A stretch of DNA of 64,000 nucleotides from Pseudogymnoascus verrucosus (taxonomy: Eukaryota), in NCBI GenBank assembly GCA_001662655.1, contig KV460232.1; one strand, given 5' to 3'. The position numbers were made by a program, and so were the translations under genes. Position 1 is the first letter of the stretch. The number at the start of each line of letters is the position of its first letter. The notes under the pieces were generated by a model. The model was not told the DNA's origin. It saw nothing but the letters and a program-made list of their open reading frames with translations, and made no database searches. Of the stretch, positions 46,256-59,524 are shown one piece after another.

Positions 46256-47362
46256 ATGTTTGATAGGTCAAGAAATGTGGTAGATTTGACTCGGCAGTCA
46301 CCACCAATCGACCTGTCTCAGCCTTACGACCCTGACTGGGTGTCTGGCAAGACAATTCTGATTACTGGTGGTGCATCAGGGTTCGGCGAGCATTTCTTCA
46401 GGAAGTGGGCATCACACGGCGCAAATGTCATCATTGGGGATATCAACGACAAAAAGGGGATATCACTTGTCGAGGAGATTCGGGCTTCGACAGGCAATAA
46501 AAACCATCACTATATCCACTGCGATGTCACAATATGGCAATCGCAGGTGGACTTCTTCCATCAGGCACTCAAGCTCAGCCCAACCGGTGGGATAGACAGC
46601 GTGGTCGCAAACGCCGGAATAAATGGGTACCACGGCACGCCATTCTGGGATCCTCAGGGTCTCGACGCAGACAGTCCCCCTCCACCAGATATGAAGTGCC
46701 TCGAGGTGAACCTGATCGGTGTCACATACACCGTCCATCTCGCCCTCTTCTTCTTGAAGCGGAACCCAAACTCTGATGTAGCAGACCACAAAGCACAGCC
46801 CTCAGCAAACAGGCCTGACCGGCATCTGCTCCTCATCGGGTCTATCGCTTCCTTGGTTACTATCCCAGGGTTAACGCAGTATAATGCCTCAAAACACGGC
46901 GTCCTCGGTTTGTTCAAGTCGTTGAGAACAACTGCCTTCATGGGCGGCCTCCGTGTCAATATCGTCCTCCCTTACTTCGTCAGCACGCCTCTTCTCCAGG
47001 CCGGCGCCCGCGTCCTACTCGCTGGCAACCCCATAGCTACGCCTGAGGATGTGATAGACGCCGGCACGCGCTTCATGGCAGATACGAGGATTTCCGGGCG
47101 CGCCTTGATGATCGGGCCGAAGGTTAAGGTCAGAGCCGATAATGAATGGGAAGTCGTGCCGCAAGAGGACAAGGAGGGAATGGAAGTGGCAGTACGTGAG
47201 GTATTCGTGGACGACTTTGAGGTCGTGGAGGCGTTCTGTGCGAGGTTGATCAAGCTGCTGAATGTGCTCGAGGCGGCTCGTGGGTGGAGCGGGTGGCTCT
47301 CTGATATGTTTGCTGCGATAACATATCGTGTCCTTGTTATATTTGGTGTGAGGAGGAAATGA
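46256..47362 (+). CDS. Short-chain dehydrogenase/reductase
   Basis: TGGASGFG, ANAG, GSIAS, catalytic YNASK. Confidence 0.92.
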   Translation: MFDRSRNVVDLTRQSPPIDLSQPYDPDWVSGKTILITGGASGFGEHFFRKWASHGANVIIGDINDKKGISLVEEIRASTGNKNHHYIHCDVTIWQSQVDFFHQALKLSPTGGIDSVVANAGINGYHGTPFWDPQGLDADSPPPPDMKCLEVNLIGVTYTVHLALFFLKRNPNSDVADHKAQPSANRPDRHLLLIGSIASLVTIPGLTQYNASKHGVLGLFKSLRTTAFMGGLRVNIVLPYFVSTPLLQAGARVLLAGNPIATPEDVIDAGTRFMADTRISGRALMIGPKVKVRADNEWEVVPQEDKEGMEVAVREVFVDDFEVVEAFCARLIKLLNVLEAARGWSGWLSDMFAAITYRVLVIFGVRRK

Positions 47363-47794
47363 TGGGGTAATAAGTGGAAGAGTTAATGATTACTATACGC
47401 CCTTACATTTACAGGCACCCTTCTCACCTTCCTAATCCACGTACCAAGAATGTTGCTGTCGAATTGGCGAATCCTTTTGAGCCGCTGGCGGGGTTCTGGT
47501 ATATTTGTAAATCTGGATCGCGGGGCGGTCAACCATGCTTTTCCGAATCGGGCATAGACAACCACAGACCCCGTCTATGCTGATGGTGCCTCAGCTTAGT
47601 GTTTACGAGAGAGGCTGTCAGACGGGTAGTATAACGAGTCATAACGCCGATCTAGCCTAAAAATCAGATATATACATACTTGAAGACTTCCCAGCCGACG
47701 GTTTTTATCCTCAACAACACATTTGTAACATCCGCACAAAAATATTATATAATACAGAACTTTATAATTTCGGCAGCAAAACATATCACTTGGC

Positions 47795-48678
47795 ATGGCT
47801 GACAAACCCGCACAACAAAAGATTACCCTCATCCCCTGGGACCCTGAGTCGCAAGAGCACATCGACAGGCTCTACATACAGCGTGTAGCCTGTGGATGGA
47901 AGGCCGATAAGATTGAGAAGTGGCGCATCTGCCAGAGAGATGGGTCTATGTCTCTTCACTGGGTTGTAAGTTTTACTATCACGTGATAATATATTGCGTG
48001 TCTTCACGATTCATCCAGCTCTCTAGTTCTAACTTTGATCTCTGACTTCGTATAATTGTCTCAGCTACTGACATATTTCAGGTCCTCGACCCTTCCGATC
48101 CACAAACGGCCGATCGGATTTCCAAACATGTCGCCACTCAGCCAGACGAGACCACTCCCCTTGAAGACTCAGCCGTAGCCGTCGGCGGCCGCCCTCGAGA
48201 TTCTTCCTCCTCGCGTTCGCTGGTACCTTTCATGCCTGTAGGCCACATCAGTGTAGACACTGTAGCCTCCACACCGGAGCCAACTGCCCTCTTAGCCGAT
48301 CCAGCAAACCATCGCTTCCACCTGTCAGCCTTCTACATCTCCAAGGCCATCCAGGGCGGGGGCCTCGGCAATACAACGATGAGGACGGCTGAGCACATGG
48401 CTGCTAGCGTTCTCGGCGCCAAAGTCATCACGCTCGACACGTGGGATCGGAGGCTCATCATTGGCGACGAGAAGAAGGAGTGGCGAGAGAAGTTTGATTA
48501 TTACTCGACGGGGGGTTTACTTATGAAATTTGACCCCCAAGGCTGGTATCAGAGGCTCGGGTACAAGGTTATTAAGGAGATTGAGGAGTTCAATTCAACC
48601 AGTGGGTATTGTCTGAAGAGGCCAGACGGTCAGGCCTGGTGCATTCCGAGCGTGTATATGGAGAAGGCGGTGGTATAG
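47795..48678 (+). CDS. GNAT-family acetyltransferase
   Basis: Intron 47966-48081; acetyl-CoA motif FYISKAIQGGGLG, WYQRLGY, YMEK. Confidence 0.82.
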
Positions 48679-48972
48679 GCGCAGGACAGGTCTGCCTGGT
48701 ACTAGGTGTCAGCCATGTTGATTAGAACAGCGAAATAGACGTGTTTGGATAAAGTATCATAGCCAAACCATCCATACAATAGAATGGGGATAACTTACCA
48801 GTCTCTCCGCATGCTGTGCCATTTCAACACCAGGAAGGAGCTGTGACCCGCCAGCCCATACATTCTGTCCTGCTTCTGATGCCGGTTTCATTGCGACCCT
48901 GGTGATTTATCAACCCAAGGCTTATATCCGCCCATTCCTGGGCAGTAAAATAATGGCTACGCCTCAATGCGG

Positions 48973-49539
48973 TCATATCAACGTGATTCCCACCTCCAAA
49001 ACGGAAGCCTTCCTAACCCTAGCACTCTCCTCTCCGTCAATCTCAATGTCATCCACAGCGCCAACTTCTCCCGTCCGCAGAACCGCCCTGCAGTCGTCCT
49101 GCTTTTGGAAATATAACGCAACATTCAACGCCTTCTCGATAGCCCGTCCGGTAGCTTTGACGACGACTTCTTCCTGTTGTCCATCCCGTCCCTTGCCTGC
49201 GGATGCGATAAGGTCTCGGTCTGAGAGAGAAGAATTCGACAGGTCAATCGTTCCCATCGATCGATTGTCGATTTCTTTGAGATAGCCCCGCACACGCTTC
49301 ACGGCGCTGATAAACGGGGTATTTGAGCGGAGGTAGACGACTTTCTGGACGCGGGAGCCGGTTCGCGGAGGCGCAATGGCAGGGTGTATTAAGGGTCGCT
49401 TGGTAATTTGCGCTCCTGAAAATAGCAGATTAGTATATGTAATGACTTAAATGGCTGCGCGTTTACCTTTTGGGAGACGAGGGAGTTTGGGGTGCTCTGG
49501 TTTTGCGCTTTTTGTCGTTGCAGCAGCCTCCTTCCCCAT
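48973..49539 (-). CDS. POP7: RNase P/MRP subunit Pop7/Rpp20 (Alba fold)
   Basis: KRPL, TPFISAVKRV, ATGRAIEKAL, TGEVGAVDD; one intron near 49416-49466. Confidence 0.85.
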
Positions 49540-49814
49540 TGCCGCGATTTAACACTTATAATATCCTTGGATGGCCTTTGCGATCGCTATGGATCATAAG
49601 TAGGCAAATTAAAGACTATTATAACGTCTTGTGCTGTTCTTTATCTTTGCGATTCTCAGTCAAATCATAGAGTGGAACCGTTCCGTTATTGATGAAGTTG
49701 ACGACACTAAAATATGGCAGAAATCCTACCGCCTTGCCAAAACGTCATAGCGACGACACCTCCACAGGTCGTCGTCCAGCTTCACCATCCATACAGAACA
49801 CCCGGCAGGCTGCC

Positions 49815-50824
49815 ATGTCAACAGCAATATGGCCACCTATAGCTCCCGATGAGCTTAAAAGGGCTGAATCGGACTCACTGGTATGTTTTATTTCCATCAA
49901 TCTCTTGCTCTGAGGTTACGCGCAATGAAAGCTCCTATTAACGCAACACAGGCCAGAGAGCTAGCATGGCTGCTCGACCATCTACAGGAGACTCTTGCAG
50001 GTTTCAAAGAAGCGCTCGAGGAATGCAAGGCTCTCCTAGCGCCTACAGAGCCAGGCTCTACCCTGGCTATGAGCAGCGTGCGTAGCGAGGCCGTCAAGGG
50101 ATATATAAATCGTGTAGGAACAATGATCGTCAAAGGCGTCAGTTTGTGCTGCTGTCTGAGAGACCCCCCGCTAACCTTCTCGCAGTCCCTCGTCTTGAGA
50201 TTGAGACACTACTCTCCGACACAGCTGGCAATCAATGCGACCCATCCGCTTATCCTCCCGACCCTCTCGTCCCTACGGGAACTACTGAACCAATCTCTCG
50301 ACTGTATAGACATCACCTGCTGGACCGGTGACCGCACCTCGGCTCCCTATATATCTTCTCAACTCCGCCTCCTACATGGCCTCTTGGGTGAGGCGCATTC
50401 TAGTCTCAAAGGCACCGCGGCCGCTCAGGCCGATCGTGAATCGTGGTTACGACCTGTGGACGCAAACCACTTTCAGCCTCCATTGCCCGATAACCTCAGC
50501 TTGGATTTCAGCATCCAGGAAGCTAGTATTGTGCTCACAATAAGGGTTTTAGAGTCGGCAGATGCGGCTCCAGATATTAGGAGTCGCTTCGCGACGGTAT
50601 TTCTGACCAAAAGGGCCGAGCATGACGAGGAGGATCTTCGCTTTAACTATAATGGGACTGAGGTAAAGGTCAAGGAAAAGGTGAAGATCGAGTCGGCTGA
50701 CCCGAATTTGATGGCTGCAATGGCGAAGCTGGCTGCGCTAGAGCATGCGGTGGGGATGGCACGGTGCTGTCTGGCTGTTGTCATGGAAGAGGATGTGGAG
50801 GAGATTGAACGCTTAACCGCGTGA
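49815..50824 (+). CDS. RAV2: RAVE complex subunit Rav2/Rogdi
   Basis: MSTAIWPP, RELAWLL, GSTLAMSS..EAVKG, KVKEKVKIESADPNL; two introns. Confidence 0.82.
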
Positions 50825-50963
50825 TTAATGATAATGCCCGAGCAAAGATGCTCAGAAGTTCAAATGATAGTGCCTATAACACAACGTAATAATCTTAAAT
50901 TATATCCCACCCACAAACATAACGCCGCTGACGCCAACCCCACCCATTCACTCTGTCTGACTG

Positions 50964-51736
50964 TCATAGGTCAGATAGCGTGCCTACCCTTCTACCAGCG
51001 GTTCCTGCAGCAGGTGCGCTTCCGCCTACTTTCCTTCCTCTAACCCAGGCTCCAGGGCCCCCAGCCGGTGGAACGCTATTCACGTTCCACACGCTGTCCT
51101 CAGCGGCCTTATAAGCGTCAAAGGAGAACAGACTTGTGAAGTAAAGCCCAAAAAACGCAACGACAGCATTGATAAAATTCCGGACATCCCAAGATACAGG
51201 GCGCTGCAGCGATTGCGCAGGTCGACCTGGAAGAGGGGTTCCGCCCAGTGTTCGACCTGGTGTTGCGAGCGGAGATGCAGGCGCGGCCATCTTAGCGGCC
51301 TCCTCGACAGCGGATGTGAGGCCACGAGGGTCAGCGCCACGGAGGGTCTTAATCACCGAGCCATTGCGGAAGATGAGGAAGGTGGGCATTCTGGTACATG
51401 GTCAGTAAAATGTACAGTATGGCGGAAGTGGGGGGGGGGGGGGAGACATACGCGCTGACTCCATACTTTTGGGCAATCTCCTGTTGATTATCCACATTGA
51501 CTTTGGTGAAGGTAATGGCGCGAGGCTTTGAGAATTTGGTAGAGAGTGATTCGAATACTGGAGAGATGGTTTTGCAAGGTCCGCACCAATCGGCGTAAAC
51601 TGGGCGCATTAGAATGGGATCTAGGACATCAGGCAGCAGGTCGAGGGCAGAGCTTACAGTCAGTGATAACAACACTAGATGACTTGAGGATGCTAGCAAA
51701 CTCGGCCGCTGAGCCGATGCTCACTGTTGAAGGCAT
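50964..51736 (-). CDS. Thioredoxin with C-terminal hydrophobic and Gly-rich extension
   Basis: Spliced D/FYADWCGPCK, KVNVD, MPTF; tail FFGLYFTSLFS. Confidence 0.9.
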
Positions 51737-51973
51737 TTTGGGCTTCAAGTTGTTTAACAGGTACAGATATCGTGAAAGGCTGTTATTGATTTCAAAGCTC
51801 AGAGCAACCGGCAAGGTGGTGAGATGTGGCGGTTGTAGGAAGGCCCAGGATCATCGGCGCTAAGCTTCTTATCGCAGAGTTGGACAATTTCTGCCCGTCT
51901 TTGGTGTCACCGCCCGGAAATATATCAATGAAACCAAATCCACCATCCGCCTTCATTACGCAAATCAAGCAAC

Positions 51974-53114
51974 ATGGGGCACGAGGGGTTAAATAACAAG
52001 GTAGGTCCCTATCGCCAATGGTTGAACTATGTATCTAATATGTACGCAGAAGCGTAATCGCAATGGCGATGCCAAAGGCTCACAGGACGCGGCCATTTAT
52101 GGCCCGGGAAAGGGGCGAAGCTGGACAACCAGCCTTGCAATTCCAGGGAACATCATAGATATGTAAGCTCAATTACTCTACCAGCTTTAAAGATTTGAAC
52201 TGACTTCTCGCAGGAACACGAGCCTAGAATCCCGCTCCATTGTCGCTTCTCAAATCGCCCGCGCAATCTCCACCTTCAGAATCGACGAGGTTATCATCCT
52301 CTCGACCTCAACCTCCGCACTCGATTCCACCGCTGCCTCTACTGATTCAGCCACGTTTCTCCTCCGCGTGCTCTCTTACCTTGAGACACCTCCATATATG
52401 CGCGATCGCCTTTTCCAGCCTGGCAAATCGGCAATTCACCCAGACCTCGCTCACATCTCCACCCTTCCCGCCGAATCTACGGCTCTCCCCCACCACGCCT
52501 CTTACGCCGACACACTTTACCGCGAAGGTGTCACACTCAAGGCCCAAGAAGAAGGGACATACCATCGTCTCGTCAACTGCGGGTTGCCCAATGGCATCTT
52601 AGCCTCCATCCCCGACCCCATACCAAAGAGTACGCGGGTTACGGTGAAACTCTCGTCGCAAACCCCGTCGGGAGACAGGACATCTATTCCAGCGGAAGTC
52701 GTCGCACCGTCCGAACCACGCGAGGAGATTGGGCAATACCTCGGCTATGAAACTCGCACGTCGCCATCTCTGGTCTCTCTATTCGAAGACTGCCCATACG
52801 AAGGCGGCTACGATATCTCTATTCTGGTGTCTGACTCTGAGGGTGACGATGCTGGGAACATATCTGCGGCGAATGCAAAGTTTCAGCATATTCTTCTTGC
52901 GTTTGGCGGGGCCGGAAACTTTGAGGAGTTGACGAAGAACGACCCGAAACTTGGGAGCCTGGATTTGGACAACTTTGCTGACCTGTTTGATCACACGGTT
53001 AATGTTGCAAAGGGCTTACCTTTTGCAAATTCAGGTTCATTACGCGTGGAAGAGTTGGTATTGGTGGGATTGGCTGGCCTCAAACCACTGCTTGCGGAGC
53101 AGTATAGATCATAA
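51974..53114 (+). CDS. SPOUT-family RNA methyltransferase (DUF171/SPOUT1-like)
   Basis: SLAIPGNII, QIARA..FRIDEV, LSYLETPPYMR, YREGV, GYD..LLAFGG, SLRVEE; two introns. Confidence 0.85.
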
Positions 53115-53210
53115 TGGTATCCACGACTTTCTACTATATTCCCCCTGTTGCGAATCGGTTATTTGATGGGCATTGTGACTTTCTTATATATATATATATA
53201 GCTATAGTAA

Positions 53211-54325
53211 TTAGGCTATGAATTGATTTAGCTTCCCAGCCAATACAGTCTCAAAACGCAGTTTTCCCTGGTCTGACTCGGAAATTTCAGCCATTTGGTC
53301 GCATCCCTCCTGAATATCTTCATCCCACACGGGATATCCGATCCTGCCTTTCATACTGAGCAACACGGCCATGCGGAAATGATGCCTGAGAAGTGCATTG
53401 CATGGCTGGTACTTGTCAGGGATATCGGGACGGTGAAACATAGTTAACCCTTCATATTGAGGTTCGTTCGCGAAGGAAACCACTTTGTGATCATCCTTGG
53501 ATTTCGCGTTAGGGGGGTTGAAAATAATGCCAAAAGTTAAGAGGGTAGAGAGCACATACATCGGGATTGATCGATATAGCATATATATTAAAGAATTGGT
53601 GCGTAGTGCTATCAAGGAGAATCCCGCTTTGGATTGAATTAATCCCCGTGTCTGACATTCCAATATCATCGTCGGTAATCTGCTGTTTCCATCCCTCAGC
53701 TACCCACTATAAAAATATCCGCCAGAGTGCCTATCCTACATATAGTGATTATCAGTGGCTATACAATACCATTTCAAGTTGCGCCACTGGAAAAATATGT
53801 GCTACCTCGAGGGCTAAAAAGTCTCCGCTTTTCGCTTTTCGGCCTGTAATAACACATCGGCCATCACGTTCACGTACCCGGTTGCGAAGCTTCAGGCTCT
53901 GTTTGCAGGACGCAATGTTAGAAGTCCACTCATAATTATAAGATGGCAGAGCTTACGAGCGGGTCATTCGGGCTAGATAGAGGCCGGGATAGAGCGCGGG
54001 GCAGAGGCATCTCTGGGTTAACTGGGATGTCGACCGGCTCTCCATCTGGGCTGAGGAGGACGTAGAAGCCAGGCTTGATTATATTCGGCTTCTGTAACTT
54101 AATAGGCGGGCCATGGTGACTGAGAGGATCATTAGGGTCCCCGTCTTCAAGGCAAGGGAACAGGGCAAAATTTGTAGTAGGAAGTTCAAAGAGGATCTCC
54201 ATACGCTGGGTCATCTCGGCCCAGGTGAGCGAACCCGCCTGCCAGGCACCTCCGAGCTCATCATTTTCGCTATTGACGAAGTGGATATTGCGTTCATATC
54301 GCGATGATAACCGATAACCAGGCAT
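53211..54325 (-). CDS. Fungal HNH-endonuclease (HNH_2) domain protein, 3 introns
   Basis: Spliced RVRERDGRCVITG, LEVAHIFP, INSIQSGILL..HQFF..YAISINPD/DDHKVVSF, LLRHHFRMAVL. Confidence 0.82.
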
Positions 54326-55079
54326 TATAAGGTTGGCCTTCAAAGATAGGTTTTGTTGGGGAAAATCGAGGTTATAGTGTCTCAAAATATGAGAAAAGGG
54401 GTTCGTACGATAATGACCTCATTATTTATTATATACTAGAAACTACAATTTATAGTATGGTTGTGGTGTTGGAGCTGCTGTTTTCAGCTAGCGCTTGTTG
54501 CTGTTTTATGCATCCCCGAATACCCAAAATCTCATCACCTGCAAGATTAACGATCGGCCACCAGCGAATTATCGGGCCGACGACACTGTTCCTGAAATCC
54601 CAAAACTAAAATCTGTTGTCTAGTCTTCTACATCTAGCCTACAAGCGTCCTAATTATACCTCTGTATAGATGATACCCCCTAACATCAAGAGGCCCTTCC
54701 TAACTCCTCTGCTACCATGATAGCTACCCTTCTGGCACTTTGAACTCCTCTCCTACTATCTATGTGCCCAATATTATTTTTAGTAATGCGAATTTTAATT
54801 GTGCTAGATATGTATTGTTTTAATTCCTGCTGAAATTATCAAAGTACATAAAATAAAAGTACAATCCATATGATAAATTAACCCAGCAGGCATATATATA
54901 ACAGTATACTATAAGATTACAAACAGAGGCAGAAACTGCGACATCTGTTAGCCCTTTAGCCGCGTATAATTGCTAATTATATACCCTAAGGAGTTAGGTA
55001 AACTTTGCATAGACAATAATGGATAGATAAGGGCTATAATAAGTGCTATGTACTACTATGCATTAAAAAATCCTACTAA

Positions 55080-57211
55080 TTAAACGCCTAGACACTCCTT
55101 TAAACTACTTAGAACTAGTTGGGTCGTCGTCTCTCCCTTAAACGTCCGCAAAATGTGTTGATCGGGTCTAATAAGCACAGTACTGCCGTCTTCTAACTGC
55201 AGTGCTTCTACCCATTCCTCACCTTGTGCGCTAGGCACGAGGTGAAAGTCCTTGCCAAGAGCTAGGACGTTGATTCTTAGTGTGCTCGGCAGCTGGGCGA
55301 GAACTCCGTCAATTACTTGAGTCCAACGAAACAGTGATTTGCTGTCTACGATAAGAGTAAAAGCATCAAGAGCGCAGAGGTCGAGGGTTGAAAACTCTTT
55401 GCGTCTGACATCCTCGGGCTGCAGTTCTGTGACATATGAGGAGTCGATTGGCGGCAGTTTCGGAATCGAGGACGGGATATGGGTGACCCATGCATGCGGA
55501 AGTCTCGCACCAGGGGCAAACGCTGGCCTGTACGTTGATGCGCAGCTGGGGATGTCGGTGCTGCCGTACACATATCCTATATGCAAACCGAGGTTATCGA
55601 AGTGTTCGCGCTGGTTTTCAATACCTTCAAGGACGCTCTCTTTTGTTTTTGGGTCGGATATCCGGTGGTAGAGGTTCTCTTTAGCCCTTTGAAGGTCTGC
55701 GTCGGTGGTTCCAAGGGATTTGAGCAGATTAAAAATCTTAATGCCGTTTTTGACGCTTTGCTGCGAGTTCACAAGTGCGACTTGGCGCCGCTCGTATTGA
55801 TACGTGCTGAGGAGGCTGTCGCCGCCCCAGCCTTGGTGATAGGCGGCAATTTTCCAGGCGAGGTTGTGCACGTCTGCTAGGCCGGAGTTGAGCCCCAAAC
55901 CGCCTGTAGGTGGAAACGAGTGGGCAGCATCTCCAGCGCTTATATTTGGAATATTAGCACAGAAGTATGAGTAGACTGGGTGTGTTGAAAGACGTACAGA
56001 AAAACATTACCAACACGGTAGCTCTTGGCAACCTTGCGGCTAAGTATCCATGGTCTCCAGCTAAGGATGTCGAATAAAATTGACTTGCCGATTGCGGCAG
56101 TGACTACCTTCCGGCAATGTTCTTCGTTCCAATTCTCCACTGGGTGCTTCTTAGACTACGTAAATATTAGTAACTATCCTTAGAGAGTGCCATTGCATGC
56201 CTACATCGAAATTGCAGATCAATACTTGGTTTCCACTAAGATCATATGCGATAATGAAGCCAGAGACCTCCGGATCCATAATCCAATGAAGCATGCCCAC
56301 TTTGTCAACAATTGAGCGAAGATTCGCGTTGAAATGTATTGTCATCATTGTGTCGTCTGTTGTCTTATCAGATTCAAATATGAACTCAAAGCGTAGAGAA
56401 AAGACTTGCATGAAGATTCTCCCTCGCAGCCGACGCCTAGAAACTCTCTAACTTTGCTTTTGGCGCCATCACATGCAATGACTTGTGTCGAACAGATCGT
56501 GTATTGTTTCCGGTCTCTGCGGTCCTCCACCGTGGTTATGACTCGATCGTGAACCTACTTGTCGCGTAAGAATAGACCTGTGAGACAGAGAGAGTGAAAT
56601 CATTGTATGGGGGTAGACTGACTTGTCTACATCCAACAAAAGAATGACCCTTGCGGACCTCTACGCCATCCTTAGAAAGTCGGCTCGCGACCAGCTCTTC
56701 AAAGGCTGGTTGTGGAATGTTATGTATCATCTATAGCCTTTAATCAGCAGATATTCTCAGAGGCTTCGTCGCAGTATTACCGTAGGCGTATGGTCAAGGA
56801 CCTCAGCGTCCATTCTTTCGTATGGAAGGTCCCCAACATGATGACCCGCGAGACTAGTCACAAAGTTGACCCAGTATGCATCTTCTCTTTTAGTACCAAT
56901 ATTTCGTATCTCATTCACATCAATTCTAAATTGCCGACACGCTTCTAGAGATCTAGGGCATAATGCATGCGCCTTAGGTGCAGCCAATCGTGTGGGATAT
57001 CGTTCGATAACGAGGGACTTGACTGTAGCGCAGCGCTCGATTAGACTTGCTCAACGACTTCATTCTAGGGAGATGTACCTCCAAGCTGAGATAGACAATG
57101 TGCTTGTAAGAGGCCTGCAGGTCCGCCACCAACAATAAGCACCGGGACATCAATTGGAATAGGTTCATTGGAGGCAAAAGATCCCAAATCGTGGTCGATG
57201 TGTGGCGCCAT
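55080..57211 (-). CDS. FAD-dependent phenolic monooxygenase (FAD_binding_3; 2,4-dichlorophenol 6-monooxygenase-like)
   Basis: VGGGPAGL, IACDGAKS, AGDAAHSFPPTGGLGLNSG, PGARLPH, LIRPDQHI; six introns including a GC-AG at 56357-56409. Confidence 0.92.
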
Positions 57212-57647
57212 CTGGTCTTTGCACAAACCGCTTTTGTGTTAGTTAGACGTGTGTTCGAAACCCCAGAAGGTATCTATTAGAAAAATTGTCGATATTGTTT
57301 ATAGGGCTGCGAAGGGAAAGGATTTGAAGCCCACAGAATGGCTTTGGAGAGGGGTTTAGAAGGAGGCACATTTAGATATACAAACACTTCACAAACTGAC
57401 ATGATCCAGGTTAAAATATCCGGAGCAGCAAGGTGGGGCGCCGAGCATGTTTTCAGGATGGGAATTCCGACCCATAGCCACTATACTTGCACCCCTTTTA
57501 AAGACAATACAGGTAGAGGTGGGCGTGAGTCTCTGTATGTCCTGGGGGGGTTCGGCAAGGTGCTATTCTCCATACACGAGTCCTCCGTATGGCATCAGGA
57601 GGGATTTCTAGGACATGAGCGTCAGAGGTGGAAAGTGAGGAAGCACG

Positions 57648-57730
57648 GAGGTGGGGAGGTGGGGAGGTGGGAACGTGAAGAGGTGAAGAGGTGAAGAAGT
57701 GGGGAAGGTGGGGAAGGTGGGGAGGTGGGA
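57648..57730. repeat. GTGGGGA(A/G) array (CCCCAC on the coding strand) upstream of the monooxygenase
   Basis: Five GTGGGGA and two GTGGGA copies interleaved with GTGAAGAG units. Confidence 0.8.
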
Positions 57731-57924
57731 CACATTTGCATCCACCTCCCACCTCCATCGGCGTGACAACCTATACCTGTATTAAAATGGCCATCAGATT
57801 TCTGCTCTGTGCTTGTGATTACAATTAGGCCGGTATAAGGTAAACGCAGTGTTAGAGCAACACATGTAGTGGTAGTAGAGTTTGTGGTGGTTATGAAAGG
57901 TGGTAGAAAAAGATGACTGTGTTA

Positions 57925-58662
57925 CTAATTTCTAGAGTACTTGCTATATAATTCGGGAAGGATAGAAGCCAAAATAGCCATTTCCTCAGTAGCATGCTGG
58001 CACAACCCCTTCGGCAAAAAGTCTGGCACTCCCGCCGCCCTCTGTGCGGGATCAATAACTCCCTCTATGTCACCTAGCCAAAAATGCGAGCGCATCCGAC
58101 ATCCAATCCGCTCCTCCTTAATCAAATGGATCAAATGTCCAGTATACAGCACCTCTCCCGTCTCTGGGGTCCAATTACCCACCCTCCCACACACTGCTGT
58201 TACATAGCCTGCAGCAGCGAAATCTTCCTTCCAGCTGTCTCCAAAATACTCGGCAGGGTCGCGAAACGAGATCTTCAGCTTAGCTAAATGCCCGCCGATG
58301 TACTCTTGCACTAAATGATGGCCGCCAATATACGTGGAATTGTTGTCCCGGGGACCCTCCCAATCGGAAAAAACGTGGTCGTTAGGATGCCAGAGCTGAT
58401 ACTGCGCAGTGTCGTGGATCCAACCAAACCACCAGTCGATCATGCGGCCGGTGCAGCGCGGCATGTAGGTGCAGGCGGCGATATGGTGCATTCCTTCTGC
58501 GTTTACAGCGTAGCCAGCTTCATGCTGTAGATACGGGATATTCAGGAGGAGCTTCGCGTCTGAAAGCAGCAAGGGTTTTAAGCTTTCTTGTCCAATACTA
58601 GCTGTAGGCGTAGAATGACTAGAGGCATGTTGGCTTTGAGCATCGTTGCACTGAGTTGTCAT
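57925..58662 (-). CDS. PhlG-like 2,4-diacetylphloroglucinol/phloretin C-C hydrolase, intronless
   Basis: MIDWWFGW, YQLWHPNDH, HLVQEYIGG, MRSHFWLG, HATEEMAIL..LPELY; the His/Glu pattern expected of the PhlG zinc site. Confidence 0.85.
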   Translation of the reverse strand: MTTQCNDAQSQHASSHSTPTASIGQESLKPLLLSDAKLLLNIPYLQHEAGYAVNAEGMHHIAACTYMPRCTGRMIDWWFGWIHDTAQYQLWHPNDHVFSDWEGPRDNNSTYIGGHHLVQEYIGGHLAKLKISFRDPAEYFGDSWKEDFAAAGYVTAVCGRVGNWTPETGEVLYTGHLIHLIKEERIGCRMRSHFWLGDIEGVIDPAQRAAGVPDFLPKGLCQHATEEMAILASILPELYSKYSRN

Positions 58663-59524
58663 CGTAGTTAATGAATATAAGTCAAGCCAGGTGATAAGAC
58701 AGCGGACCGTGCTGTAGTGTGTTTTCGAGAATTTAATTTAATTTGAAACTACTGTTGCTAAGCTGCTAAAGTTGAATAGAAGGCGGTTTAAGCACTGCTT
58801 AAGTATAGTAAATACAAACGTTAATACTTAGGTCAGGTGCTCTTGGGGTTTAGTTTCGGCTTCAACGGGCGTCATATATGTGGAAAGTGGGGAAGTGGGG
58901 AAGTGGGGAACTGTTGGAGGTAATTCTAGAATATGGGAACCCCACACAGAATCGTGTGAAAATCTCTGGTTTCCGTAATCGGTTCCTATGGGCAGCAGAA
59001 CAGAGGCTTCAGCAGTAGAATACAGTAAATAGAATAATATAATCAATTGAATTATTAACTAAACTACGGGTCTACGTACGCTATTTGATGGCCTGAGGGA
59101 AACCCCAAACCCCGGAGGACTGGGCTTCTACACTCTGACCAGCTGGGGAGTGGGACAATTCCACGGGGAAAAGCGGTCGTCTGGGCGCAAAAGCCCACCA
59201 TATCCCTTAGGACAGTCCGTTCCCCCCCACACAACAGGAACGAGAAGATTGTGGTAGCAGCTCATATGGGGATTTTTTGGTTGCTTAAAGAATTTCCTAA
59301 TTTCCCAAAGAAGCTCAAAGTGCCACATTAACTGTTGATAGTAGCATTTCACGTCGCGCGTTTCATAAACTGCGTAAATATAATAATTTGCGATGCCTTT
59401 GCTTTAACCAAGACGAATCTGTATAATAGACAATAGTCGGCTACCTTTCCTAAAAACCACTGTCCATTGCACCACTAGGTTTGCTTAACACAACAGCCCG
59501 TAACTCCACTAGCACTGACGATTT

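Noticed and set aside
54420..55079. AT/TpA-rich stretch that looks like a RIP-degraded coding relic
   Set aside because: No family or terminal repeat recognisable, so not annotated.
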